Assembly (NCBI GenBank): GCA_050950825.1
Contig: JBMNIH010000006.1
Location: forward strand, 128,001-192,000
DNA: 64,000 nucleotides
Direction: 5' to 3'
Source: Clostridia bacterium
GTDB lineage: Bacteria; Bacillota; Clostridia; JAAYHZ01
The notes under the pieces are model-generated. The model searched no databases, had not been told where the DNA came from, and worked only from the letters and a program-made list of their open reading frames with translations. The position numbers and the translations under genes are program-made. Positions 39,933-49,762 of this stretch are shown here, one piece after another. Each line of letters starts with the position of its first letter. Within the stretch, counting starts at the first letter, position 1.

Positions 39933-40005
39933 GAGAACTCCCGTCCCATCTCCATGGCGTGTGGATTATATTATTCGGTTTCGCGATACGTTAAAATAGT
40001 CTATT

Positions 40006-40446
40006 CTACACGACGTGGTCGTGCTCGATATCGCATGCATTGCAGCATCCGTCGCATTTTCGAATGTTATCGACGGATCCTCCCGTCTTTAAACGGTAAT
40101 CCATGATGGCGGCATGAATGGCTTCTTCGGCTAACAGCGAGCAGTGGATTTTGGCAGGCGGCAGACCTTGCAAAGCTTCAAGAACCGCTTTGTTCGTAAT
40201 GGCCAAAGCCTCGTCTACCGATTTTCCTTTTATCATTTCCGTCGCCATACTGCTGCTTGCGATGGCTGCAGCGCATCCGAAGGTTTGAAACTTCACGTCA
40301 ACGATGGTTTCGTTTTCGATCTTTAAATATATTTTCATGATGTCGCCGCATTTCGCATTGCCTACTTGGCCGACGCCATCCGGATTCTCTATAACTCCGA
40401 CGTTTCTCGGATTTGCAAAGTGATCCATAACGACTTCACTATACAT
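40006..40446 (-). CDS. nifU: Fe-S cluster scaffold NifU/IscU
   Basis: YSEVVMDHF.NPRNVG, CGD, FGCAAAIASSS, KIHCS. Confidence 0.95.
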   Translation of the reverse strand: MYSEVVMDHFANPRNVGVIENPDGVGQVGNAKCGDIMKIYLKIENETIVDVKFQTFGCAAAIASSSMATEMIKGKSVDEALAITNKAVLEALQGLPPAKIHCSLLAEEAIHAAIMDYRLKTGGSVDNIRKCDGCCNACDIEHDHVV

Positions 40447-41623
40447 GATTATTACCTTCCTTTCTGCCGTTATACAACGGTGAAATATTTCTTAAAGTTT
40501 TTACAATACCGGGCAGCGCTTCTTTCAAATAGTCCACGTCCTCTTGGGTATTCTCGTCGGATAACGAAAACCTTACGGAGCCGTGCGCCACCTCATGGGA
40601 CAATCCGATTGCCAGCAATACATGGGAAGGATCCAAGGACCCGGATGTGCATGCGGATCCGCTGGATGCGCAGATTCCCTTCATATCCAGCATTAACAGC
40701 AGGGATTCTCCTTCGATATAGTTAAAGGAGAAATTGGCGTTTCCGGGCAGTCTGTCCGTAGGATGTCCGTTCAAGCGTACGTGATCGATATTATTCAAAA
40801 CGAAGGAAATAATGTCGTCTCGAAGCATTTGAACTTTTTTCCGATTCTCTTCCATGTTTTCTACGGCTAACTGCAGTGCCGTCGACATTCCCACGATATA
40901 GGGGATGTTTTCGGTTCCTGCACGTTTGTTGGCTTCCTGTGCTCCGCCGTGGATCAGATTGTCTCCGATTCTTCCGTTACGAGCATAAAGCACGCCAATT
41001 CCTTTCGGACCGTGAAACTTATGTGCGGACAAGGACAGCATGTCCACGTTGAGGTCTTTTACATTGACCGGAATCGTCCCTGTTGTCTGTACCGCGTCGG
41101 TGTGGAACGGGATGCCTTTGCTTTTTGCAAGCTCTCCGATTTCCGCTATAGGTTGTATGGTACCGATTTCGTTGTTGGCATGCATAATGCTGATCAAAAT
41201 CGTGTCTTTCCTTACGGCCTTTTCCACGTCCTCTATCGATACCTTTCCGTAAGAATCTACGGGAAGATACGTAACTTCAAAACCTTGCCTTTCTAAATAT
41301 TGACATGTATGAAGAACGGCATGATGCTCGATGGATGTCGTAATAATATGATTACCTTTTTTTCGATTGGCTGCTGCAACTCCTTTTATAGCCCAGTTGT
41401 CCGCTTCGCTTCCCGATGCGGTAAAGAAAATCTCTCTCGGTTTTGCTCCTAAGATTTCCGCTATTTTTGCTCTTTCCGTATCGATAACGCGCTTTGCGTC
41501 ACGGCCTATGGAATGCACCGAAGACGGGTTTCCGTATATATCCGTAAAATAGGGCAGCATGCTTTCAACTACTTTTTCCTTAACGCGCGTGGTTGCTGCA
41601 TTATCTAAATATACTCTTCTCAA
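40439..41623 (-). CDS. nifS: Cysteine desulfurase NifS/IscS
   Basis: YLDNAATT, HTDAVQ, SAHKFHGPKG, SSGSACTS. Confidence 0.96.
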   Translation of the reverse strand: MRRVYLDNAATTRVKEKVVESMLPYFTDIYGNPSSVHSIGRDAKRVIDTERAKIAEILGAKPREIFFTASGSEADNWAIKGVAAANRKKGNHIITTSIEHHAVLHTCQYLERQGFEVTYLPVDSYGKVSIEDVEKAVRKDTILISIMHANNEIGTIQPIAEIGELAKSKGIPFHTDAVQTTGTIPVNVKDLNVDMLSLSAHKFHGPKGIGVLYARNGRIGDNLIHGGAQEANKRAGTENIPYIVGMSTALQLAVENMEENRKKVQMLRDDIISFVLNNIDHVRLNGHPTDRLPGNANFSFNYIEGESLLLMLDMKGICASSGSACTSGSLDPSHVLLAIGLSHEVAHGSVRFSLSDENTQEDVDYLKEALPGIVKTLRNISPLYNGRKEGNNHV

Positions 41624-41744
41624 GGGCTACCTCCTCGTACAGTTCATAATATTATATACAAAGATTACCTTCTTATTTATAATCTTCATTTACTTTTAAT
41701 TGTATCATTATTTCACACTCATATCGCATTGTCAATAACACCGG

Positions 41745-41930
41745 TTACCGAGTTTGGTCGTCATTTTGGTCATCGTCGCTCTTTACAAGTTTCTTTGAGA
41801 ACAACCCGTATAAAAGAATTACGATGTAGACGGTCAAGGACAGCTCCGGGGCAAATCGCCACCAAAAAAGATTCATAATTAACAATAAAAAACCGATCAG
41901 CAATACCCAAGCCGTTATTCTTTTCGCCAT
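41745..41930 (-). CDS. Small membrane protein (61 aa)
   Basis: Two hydrophobic helices; overlaps the rarA stop. Confidence 0.6.
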   Translation of the reverse strand: MAKRITAWVLLIGFLLLIMNLFWWRFAPELSLTVYIVILLYGLFSKKLVKSDDDQNDDQTR

Positions 41931-43213
41931 CTTTTTCTTCTTTCCTCCATTAAACTCTTAATGTTTTTCTCGTTCCCGTATTCCGTGGGTTCATAATAGA
42001 CGGTCCCCTTCATTTTCTCCGGCAAATAATCCTGCTCCACGTAACCGCCTTCATAGGAATGGGCATACTTGTATCCGACCCCGTAGCCTAAGGCGGACAT
42101 TCCGTCGACCGGTGCGTTTCGAAGATGCATGGGTACCTCTCCGGTGTCCTTGGTGGCAACATCGTTTAAAGCTTTGTCGATGGCCATATAGGAGGCGTTG
42201 GATTTGGGGCTCACGGCGACGGCAATCGCCGCCTGGGACAAGAGGATCCTGGCCTCCGGCATCCCGATCATATGCACCCCTTGGGCCGCCGCTACCGCGA
42301 TCTCCAAGGCTCTCGGATTGGCCATGCCCACGTCCTCCGATGCGCAGATCATGATTCTACGGGCTAAAAAGTCCGGGCTCTCTCCGGCATACAAAGCTCG
42401 TGCCAGATAGAAAACCGCCGCATCCGGATCGCTGCCTCGCATGGATTTGATAAAAGCGCTGATATTGTCATAATGGTTCTCGCCTTTTTTGTCGAATCGA
42501 AGGGCTTTCTTTTGGACACAATCCTGTGCAATTTCCAAAGTGATGCGGATGACGCCCTCGGAATCCGGCGGCGTGGTTAACACGGCCAACTCCAGCGCAT
42601 TGAGCGCTATACGAACATCTCCCCCGCCGGTTTCCGCCAAAAAGTCCAAAACTTTATCCTCCAACACGAGATTGTAATTGCCTAAGCCCCTTTCGTTGTC
42701 GGTTAAGGCGTTGGTCATGATTTTTTTAATATGCTCCGATTTTAACGGCTCCAGCATAAAAACCGTAGATCGGGATATCAACGCTTTGTTCACCTCAAAG
42801 TAAGGGTTCTCCGTTGTGGCGCCGATTAAAACGATGGTGCCGTCTTCCACATACGGCATTAAGGCGTCTTGCTGGGCTTTGTTAAAGCGATGAATTTCAT
42901 CCACAAACAAAACGGTTCTGCCTTGGGGGTTTAAAATGGAGTTTTGCGTATCGCTGACGACTCTTTTGATGTCCGCCACTCCGGAGGTTACCGCATTTAA
43001 TTTTGCGAAACCGGATTTCGTCGTATTCGCGATGATTTGGGCAAGAGAAGTTTTTCCGGTTCCCGGAGGACCGTACAGGATAATGGAGGATAACCGATCC
43101 GCGGAAATCATGCGGTATAACAGCTTTCCTTTCCCTACAATATGCTCTTGACCGACGAATTCTTCCAGTGTTCTCGGCCTCATTCGATATGCCAACGGTT
43201 CTTTTCTGCTCAT
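41915..43213 (-). CDS. rarA: Replication-associated recombination protein A (MgsA)
   Basis: PLAYRMRP, GPPGTGKT, DEIHRFNKAQQD, SAFIKSMRGSDPDA, ASEDVG. Confidence 0.96.
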   Translation of the reverse strand: MSRKEPLAYRMRPRTLEEFVGQEHIVGKGKLLYRMISADRLSSIILYGPPGTGKTSLAQIIANTTKSGFAKLNAVTSGVADIKRVVSDTQNSILNPQGRTVLFVDEIHRFNKAQQDALMPYVEDGTIVLIGATTENPYFEVNKALISRSTVFMLEPLKSEHIKKIMTNALTDNERGLGNYNLVLEDKVLDFLAETGGGDVRIALNALELAVLTTPPDSEGVIRITLEIAQDCVQKKALRFDKKGENHYDNISAFIKSMRGSDPDAAVFYLARALYAGESPDFLARRIMICASEDVGMANPRALEIAVAAAQGVHMIGMPEARILLSQAAIAVAVSPKSNASYMAIDKALNDVATKDTGEVPMHLRNAPVDGMSALGYGVGYKYAHSYEGGYVEQDYLPEKMKGTVYYEPTEYGNEKNIKSLMEERRKRWRKE

Positions 43214-43292
43214 AAAACTTCACTTTCCCTCTTTTGCTATGGATTATTATACCACAGGAGCGATGTTTCATCATAAAAAGGGGGAAAAATAT

Positions 43293-43324
43293 AAAAGCCG
43301 AGAAGCAATTTCGTTGCTCTCGGC
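43293..43324 (-). terminator. Terminator after glyA
   Basis: GCCGAGAAGCAA...TTGCTCTCGGC with an A-run on the left. Confidence 0.7.
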
Positions 43325-43346
43325 AATTTATAGTCAGGAGCTATAA

Positions 43347-44591
43347 TTAATCTTTTTTGTACAAAGGATATTTCTTTGTCAACTCGGATACTCTCTTCAT
43401 TACAAGATCCTTATTCTTTTCAAAATCGGTTATCGCCAGATAAATCAAATCCGCAATCTCCGCCATATCCTCTTCTTTCATACCTCTCGTGGTAACGGCA
43501 GGGGTTCCGATACGGATACCGCTCGTGATGAAGGGGCTTAATTTATCATACGGAATTCCGTTCTTGTTTACGGTGATATGGACTTCATCCAAAAGCAGCT
43601 GTGCTTCCTTCCCCGTTATGTTCATGTTGGTAAGATCCACCAGCATCAAATGATTGTCGGTTCCGCCGGATATGATGTCAAATCCTTTTTCCGTCATGGC
43701 TTTCGCAAGCGCTGCGGCATTTTTCACGATTTGTTTTTGATATTCTTTGAATTCTTCGGAAAGGGCTTCTTTGAAAGCGACCGCCTTTGCGGCGATAATG
43801 TGCATCAAAGGTCCTCCTTGGGTACCCGGGAATACCGCACTGTCAATGATTTTTGCATATTCTTGCTTACAGAGAATCATACCGCCTCTCGGACCTCTTA
43901 AGGTTTTATGGGTCGTCGTGGTTACGAAATCGGCGTAAGGCACCGGACTCGGATGAAGGCCTGCGGCTACCAAACCGGCGATGTGGGCCATATCCACCAT
44001 TAAGTAAGCGCCTACTTCTTTTGCGATTTCACTGAAGGCTTTAAAATCGATAATCCGAGGATATGCACTGGCTCCCGCTACGATGATTTTCGGCTTGCTT
44101 TCGATTGCAACTCTTCTTACTTCATCGTAATCGATTCGCATATCGTGCGGGCTGACACCGTAAGCCGCCACCTTATAGTATTTACCCGATATGTTCTTTG
44201 CCATACCGTGGGTCAAGTGTCCGCCGTGAGATAAGTTCATACCTAATATGGTGTCTCCGGGCTCTAACACGGCAAAATAAACGGCGGTGTTGGCTTGGGC
44301 GCCGGAATGAGGCTGCACATTCACATGTTCCGCACCGAACAACTGCTTTGCTCTTTCGATTGCCAAGCTCTCGGCTACATCCACATGTTCGCATCCGCCG
44401 TAATATCTTTTACCGGGATAACCTTCCGCGTATTTGTTGGTCAAAGGCGAACCCATGGCTTCCAATACCGCGGGGCTGACAAAGTTTTCGGATGCAATCA
44501 ATTCAATATTTTCTTCTTGTCTTTTGATTTCGTTATTTATCGCTAAGTAGATCTCGGGATCCACGTTCTTTAGATGCTTTATACATTCCAT
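43347..44591 (-). CDS. glyA: Serine hydroxymethyltransferase
   Basis: [36 protein letters not shown]. Confidence 0.98.
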   Translation of the reverse strand: MECIKHLKNVDPEIYLAINNEIKRQEENIELIASENFVSPAVLEAMGSPLTNKYAEGYPGKRYYGGCEHVDVAESLAIERAKQLFGAEHVNVQPHSGAQANTAVYFAVLEPGDTILGMNLSHGGHLTHGMAKNISGKYYKVAAYGVSPHDMRIDYDEVRRVAIESKPKIIVAGASAYPRIIDFKAFSEIAKEVGAYLMVDMAHIAGLVAAGLHPSPVPYADFVTTTTHKTLRGPRGGMILCKQEYAKIIDSAVFPGTQGGPLMHIIAAKAVAFKEALSEEFKEYQKQIVKNAAALAKAMTEKGFDIISGGTDNHLMLVDLTNMNITGKEAQLLLDEVHITVNKNGIPYDKLSPFITSGIRIGTPAVTTRGMKEEDMAEIADLIYLAITDFEKNKDLVMKRVSELTKKYPLYKKD

Positions 44592-44621
44592 TAAAAGGTA
44601 CCTCCGTTAGTTCATACGAAG

Positions 44622-44650
44622 ATTATAATCATAATTATACAGCCTGTCAA
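44622..44650 (-). promoter_or_regulatory. Consensus sigmaA promoter of glyA
   Basis: TTGACA-17bp-TATAAT on the minus strand. Confidence 0.85.
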
Positions 44651-44711
44651 ACATTTCACATAAAATCTTTTACCCTATAGAACGCGGCTTATGTATCAAA
44701 ACGCAGTTATT

Positions 44712-46502
44712 TCAACAAGTTCGATCATCTTTTGCATTTCGGTTGTCTATATATTTTTCCGCCTGTTTATGAAACATATCTGCATATTTACCGTATCTAT
44801 TCAAAAGCTCGCTGTGGGAGCCGACCTCGATTATTTCACCGTTTTCCAACAAATAGATTCGATCCGCCATCACCGTCGTGGACAGCCTGTGGGATATGAA
44901 AATAACGGTTTTATCCTTCGCCAGCTCGAATAAATATTGATTCATCTCGTATTCGCTTATAGGATCCAATGAACTTGACGGCTCGTCAAGAATCAACACG
45001 GGAGAATCTTGGATTAATGCTCGGGCAATGGCAATCTTTTGGGATTGGCCGCCGGACAGGACGATACCTTCTTTGTCGAATTCCTTTGACAAGGCGTTAT
45101 CCGGGTCTACGGATACTTTGATCAATTCCAATATTTCTTTCACATCTTTGCGGTATTCATCGCAAGAACGGTCCATCAATATATTCTCCATTGCGGAAAA
45201 AGAATAGATTTGAAAGTCTTGAAACACCGTACCGAAAAGATTCCGATAAGATTCCAAGTTGTAATCCTTGATGTTTTTTCCGTTGAAGTAAAGTTCACCG
45301 GAATCCGGATCGTAAAACCGAAGAAGAAGCTTTACAAGTGTCGTCTTTCCGGCTCCGTTATGACCCACCAAAGCGATTTTTTCTCCCGCTTTTATTCTCA
45401 TATCCACATTGCGAAGCACTTCTTCACCGTTTGGTGAGTACCGAAAGGATACGTTCTTTAATTCCAACGAATATTCCTTCAAGGCATCTTTTTTGATTTC
45501 GACGGGTCCGTCCGTCACTTTATTTTCATAATTCATCAGCATCAAGAAATTATCGATATACAAGCCGTTATTTTGAATCTGGGGTATTAATTGCATCAAT
45601 CTTCTTAAATTCATATCCACGTTTCGAACGGCACTGAACATTGCGGAAAAGTCCCCGATCGAAAATTTCCGTACAACCAAGATGTTATAAATTAAGTAGA
45701 CATAAGAGACGTATATAACGATGATCAACTGATTAAAGGTTTCCCAAAAGCCCAAAAACCATTTTTTCTTTCCGTACTTTCTCTGAAGATTCGATAGATT
45801 TTCAACGGATTGCCGAAACCGGTCCGAAAGCACGTTGCCGATTTTCGTCATTCGAAGATCTTTAGCGTAATTTTTTTCGTAATAGATCTTTTTCACATAA
45901 TTCACTTTCCTGTTGTCCAAAACAAGATCATTCTCCATCTTGTAATTAAACTTGTTTCGTATCATGCTTAAAGGAAGAGAAAACAAGACGGGCATAACGG
46001 AAAACACCAAAAGAACGGGATCCATTACCGTTATGATCGCCAAAAGGCTAATTAAAACGATAACAGATGTTCCGATGCTAACCAATATATTCAAAACATC
46101 CAAAACCTTTTTTTCAGCGGAATCCATGGCCCTTACGTATGTATTGTAAAAGTTCGAATCGTCGTAGCAGGATAAATCGACGGATTTTGCTTTTTGAAAC
46201 AGCTTCAGGTCAATGTAGGTTCGTATTTTGTTATTGGATATCGGTACATAAATGTTGTTATACCAATCGGCGAATAAAAAGCTTAAAAGAGCCGATCCGA
46301 TCATAATCGTCAACACAACCAAGACATCTTTAAAGCTTCGACCGATTTGAAAGCTGTCAAGAATATATTTGATCATGTAGATTTCCAAGAGTAAAGAAAC
46401 AAAGGACTGCAAAAGACTGACCGTAACCGCAAGAGGGATTCTCCATTTGTCCGATTTCCAAATGTAGGACAAGAATAAAAGGTTGTTTTTTAATGCCTTC
46501 AT
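44712..46502 (-). CDS. ABC exporter, fused permease/ATP-binding (type IV half-transporter)
   Basis: TM domain plus GHNGAGKTT, LSGGQ, ILDEP, ISHRL. Confidence 0.92.
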   Translation of the reverse strand: MKALKNNLLFLSYIWKSDKWRIPLAVTVSLLQSFVSLLLEIYMIKYILDSFQIGRSFKDVLVVLTIMIGSALLSFLFADWYNNIYVPISNNKIRTYIDLKLFQKAKSVDLSCYDDSNFYNTYVRAMDSAEKKVLDVLNILVSIGTSVIVLISLLAIITVMDPVLLVFSVMPVLFSLPLSMIRNKFNYKMENDLVLDNRKVNYVKKIYYEKNYAKDLRMTKIGNVLSDRFRQSVENLSNLQRKYGKKKWFLGFWETFNQLIIVIYVSYVYLIYNILVVRKFSIGDFSAMFSAVRNVDMNLRRLMQLIPQIQNNGLYIDNFLMLMNYENKVTDGPVEIKKDALKEYSLELKNVSFRYSPNGEEVLRNVDMRIKAGEKIALVGHNGAGKTTLVKLLLRFYDPDSGELYFNGKNIKDYNLESYRNLFGTVFQDFQIYSFSAMENILMDRSCDEYRKDVKEILELIKVSVDPDNALSKEFDKEGIVLSGGQSQKIAIARALIQDSPVLILDEPSSSLDPISEYEMNQYLFELAKDKTVIFISHRLSTTVMADRIYLLENGEIIEVGSHSELLNRYGKYADMFHKQAEKYIDNRNAKDDRTC

Positions 46503-46519
46503 TTATGCCTCCTTCTATT

Positions 46520-46591
46520 TTTTATAACCGGCTCTCTATGGCTTAAATTAAATATTGTTTTATATCTTCAATTATTGTAGATGATATTCCG
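46520..46591 (+). repeat. 72-bp direct repeat, copy 1
   Basis: TTTTATAACCGGCTCTC...GATGATATTCCG, identical to 48576-48647. Confidence 0.95.
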
Positions 46592-46776
46592 GATAGCGTC
46601 AATATACATTCGGAAATAAAAAGAGAGAGTTCACCCTTATGATAAGATTAAATCTTGTCTGTATCATATATCATTTCCATCAATTTTTCCACATTTGTTT
46701 TTTTAATTGATTATTACACATCACCCCTATTCAAGAATTCATGAAGACAATAGCAAATGCACAAGTAAAGTACTCA

Positions 46777-46940
46777 TTTATTCCACGGTTCGCTTTACGA
46801 CGAGCCTCTGCCGGCATGTTTAGTGGCCTCTGCGGCATCTTCCTACAGGGTGAAGCCGGATACGGCTTTGTGTGTTTGATGCCAGGCAGACAAGCCTAAC
46901 ATGCCGTCTACTCATCGTAAAGCGACTTTCGCGGCATAAA
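46777..46940 (-). other. ssoA-like hairpin, copy B, inside the ISLre2 element
   Basis: Minus strand TTTATGCCGCGAAAG...TTTACG-17-TAGGCT...ACCGTGGAATAAA; stems covary with copy A. Confidence 0.6.
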
Positions 46941-46983
46941 GCCTACCGTCACACGGTTACAAAGTCATAGCGGTTCAAGCTGC

Positions 46984-48468
46984 TTATGCGTCCCAAGCCA
47001 GTGTGGTCATATTCTTTAGCCACTTCATACTGCTCCTTTCCAAACCATGTATGTGACGTCTGGTATCTTCCGCATACGTCCATTTTGAATGTCTTCTTCT
47101 CAGATCTCTTATCAATTCTTCTTGTGCTTCACGCCTTTCCTTTTGCTTTTTTCGTTGTTTTTGATATTTTAGCAAGTCAAGAATCTTACCGCCGTTTCTT
47201 TTGTACGCTCTGAGCCTTGCCATGCGGTCGCAACCCAATTCGCTCCATCCCATTGGTCTGCTGCTCATTCTTGCCGACAATACATGGCTTATTTGCCCTT
47301 CTATGCAATATGTCCAGCCGCTTGTTTCTTCCACTCGGGTTTTTATCCCTTGCCAATGATTTAGAAAATATCTTAACGCATCTTCCACTTCTTGCTTCTT
47401 GTTTTCACTTTCCGTAACCTTCAGGATCTGCTCATAGATATTCTTCAATTCCTTTTTGTCCAAACGATTCAAGGCTCCCCAAATCCAGTCTTTCACCTCG
47501 TCCGCGCTATCGTAAAGATGCGCCACTGACCTGTTTATATATTTCATCATATGGTATTTATCAAGGACATATTTGCTGTTCTCCAAATATTCGCATCCTT
47601 TTTTTATCCACGAAGCTCCGTCTCCGACTACGTATATTCTCTCAAGATAGTCCGTATCGTATGTTTTTTCTATGTATTCGGCAACCTCCATCCAAAGCTT
47701 TTCGTTGCCTTTGCCACCCTCGTAAATACCGCAAAAGTATTTTTTTCCGATCAGCTTATATCTGGGATTCTTGGATGCTTCCCCCGATTCATTGATAATA
47801 TCCTCGAATACACAAACAAGCTTAGGCATCAGGGTATTAATCTTATGGCCCCTCGCATCTCGCTTCAAATCGCCCTTTTCATTCCAAAACTGTGCCGCCA
47901 CATGATCTTCATCGGCTATGACATGAAGCCTTTTTATCTTCTTCTTTCCTTCCGGTTCCGGCATCGGCATGTCCGCCTCAATCTCATGTACCAGATCCAT
48001 CACGGCTTGTTTGCTAATGCCTTCTTCCGCTTTTATGCTTGCATTCTCTCCGCCTTTGCGGTAACTGCTGTCTATACTTTCTTCCAAGGCTCTCGCAGCT
48101 GCGCCTAGCGTTACCTTCTGGTGCGGTTCAAATCCGAGCACCTGATCCAAAAGATATACATACTCACCCGTTCCTTTCGCACAATATCCGGTTCGGCAGA
48201 ATTCAACCTTACCCATGACATCTACGATGGTTTTCTTTTTGTTCCTGTGCTCGACATTCCAATACTTTTTTCTCACGCTGCTTTCTCGTATATCGTTATC
48301 AGCTTTCTCGTACAAATCCACTATAAGGCTGACCGCTAACGTTGACGTAACTTTATTAACGAGTGCAGTCAAATCATCGGCATCTTTTTTACCTGCCAGA
48401 ATATCACCCATCATTTTTTCAATTTCGACTAACCCATTTTCAATAAAATGTAGTATACTTTTATACAT
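46984..48468 (-). CDS. ISLre2-family transposase (UPF0236)
   Basis: IADEDHV, GDGASWIK, LDKYH, YFLNHW, IEGQISHVLSARMSSRPMGWS; likely start MYKSI. Confidence 0.92.
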   Translation of the reverse strand: MYKSILHFIENGLVEIEKMMGDILAGKKDADDLTALVNKVTSTLAVSLIVDLYEKADNDIRESSVRKKYWNVEHRNKKKTIVDVMGKVEFCRTGYCAKGTGEYVYLLDQVLGFEPHQKVTLGAAARALEESIDSSYRKGGENASIKAEEGISKQAVMDLVHEIEADMPMPEPEGKKKIKRLHVIADEDHVAAQFWNEKGDLKRDARGHKINTLMPKLVCVFEDIINESGEASKNPRYKLIGKKYFCGIYEGGKGNEKLWMEVAEYIEKTYDTDYLERIYVVGDGASWIKKGCEYLENSKYVLDKYHMMKYINRSVAHLYDSADEVKDWIWGALNRLDKKELKNIYEQILKVTESENKKQEVEDALRYFLNHWQGIKTRVEETSGWTYCIEGQISHVLSARMSSRPMGWSELGCDRMARLRAYKRNGGKILDLLKYQKQRKKQKERREAQEELIRDLRRRHSKWTYAEDTRRHIHGLERSSMKWLKNMTTLAWDA

Positions 48469-48575
48469 AGAGGACACCTTCCTTTGTGATTTTTTGTATG
48501 GAAATTTAATCATATCACAATCGGGGTCCTCTTTCTATTTGTTATATTCTTCCATTGATTATTATCCGAAACTTA

Positions 48576-48647
48576 TTTTATAACCGGCTCTCTATGGCTT
48601 AAATTAAATATTGTTTTATATCTTCAATTATTGTAGATGATATTCCG
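48576..48647 (+). repeat. 72-bp direct repeat, copy 2 (with the native promoter TTTACA-17-TACAAT on the minus strand)
   Basis: Identical to 46520-46591. Confidence 0.95.
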
Positions 48648-48748
48648 ATATTTGTAAAAATTATGGTAAGTATTAAAAACAAAAAGGGACGTTTTTTTGC
48701 TTTTCAATCGTCCCTTGAATTTTTCGTTTTATATTCCTTATTGGTTTT

Positions 48749-49762
48749 TTATTGGCTTTTTAACACCTTATACAGCTCGTCGGATTCCGGTTCATTGACA
48801 AATACCCGGCTTCGGTCTTTACGAACCAAATAGCAGCCTTTCTCCGTTACGGAACCGATTACGGCGGCGCGAATGCCTTTTCGCCCCAGCTTCTTCACCA
48901 GGTCTTCGCCGTTTTTACAGGTAATGAGCATACAACCGCTGGATATCAGCTTGAAAGGATCGATGGCAAAATGCTCGCATATTTTTCGGGTTTCTTCCGA
49001 TAAGGGTATCTTTTCTTCAAAGACCTCGGCACCGGTTCCGGAAGCTCGGCATACTTCCCATAATGCACCTAACAGTCCCCCTTCGGTCACGTCATGCATG
49101 GAATGGACACCGAATTCTCCGGCTATCACGCCTTCCGGAACCACGCTGAGCTTTTCCATATAGCTCTTCGCTTTATTCAAAAGCTCTTCTCCAATTACCG
49201 GCAGCAACTCGTCTTCTTTTTCGTATGCAATGATAGCGGTTCCTTCGATACCGGCACCCTTTGTGATTACGATGTCGTCTCCTACCTTCGCTCCCGAGGT
49301 GGTGATCATTCGATCTTTTTTTATCTTACCTACCGCCATGGTAATCAAAACGAATCGATTCACCGCTTGGGTCACTTCGGTGTGGCCGCCTATGATGTCT
49401 ACGCCGATTTCGTTTGCCGCTTGGTTTAATTGGTCCGATACTTTTTCAAGGTCCTCGACGGTCGTGCCTTCGGGAGCCAATACGGTTACCATCAGACCGA
49501 TGGGTGCAATACCGCAGGAAGCCACGTCATTGCAGCTGATATGAACGGCCAATCGCCCTACTTCCGCCGCGGTCCCGGTGATTGGGTCCGTAGACATGAC
49601 GCACAATTGATCGCCGAAATCCAAAGCACAGCAATCCTCCCCGATACCCGGATTCACTAACACGTCGGCGTTCTTGATTTTGATTTTATCAAGAACCAGC
49701 GTTTGAAGCAGCGAGTTCGGTATTTTGCCCACCTCGAGCACTTTCTTATTCCCCATTACCAA
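48749..49762 (-). CDS. AIR-synthase-related (HypE/ThiL-like) protein
   Basis: GIGEDC, STDPIT, NDVA, IGGHTE, HDVTEGG, ISSG. Confidence 0.88.
   Translation of the reverse strand: MVMGNKKVLEVGKIPNSLLQTLVLDKIKIKNADVLVNPGIGEDCCALDFGDQLCVMSTDPITGTAAEVGRLAVHISCNDVASCGIAPIGLMVTVLAPEGTTVEDLEKVSDQLNQAANEIGVDIIGGHTEVTQAVNRFVLITMAVGKIKKDRMITTSGAKVGDDIVITKGAGIEGTAIIAYEKEDELLPVIGEELLNKAKSYMEKLSVVPEGVIAGEFGVHSMHDVTEGGLLGALWEVCRASGTGAEVFEEKIPLSEETRKICEHFAIDPFKLISSGCMLITCKNGEDLVKKLGRKGIRAAVIGSVTEKGCYLVRKDRSRVFVNEPESDELYKVLKSQ

Larger units (their letters stand above)
46592..48575 (-). mobile_element. ISLre2-family (Mutator-type) insertion sequence, right tip apparently missing
   Basis: Left end GATAGCGTCAATATACATTCGGAAATAA; right end matches only the inner part (rc AATAAGTTTCGGATAATAA); UPF0236-type transposase. 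Confidence 0.8.
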
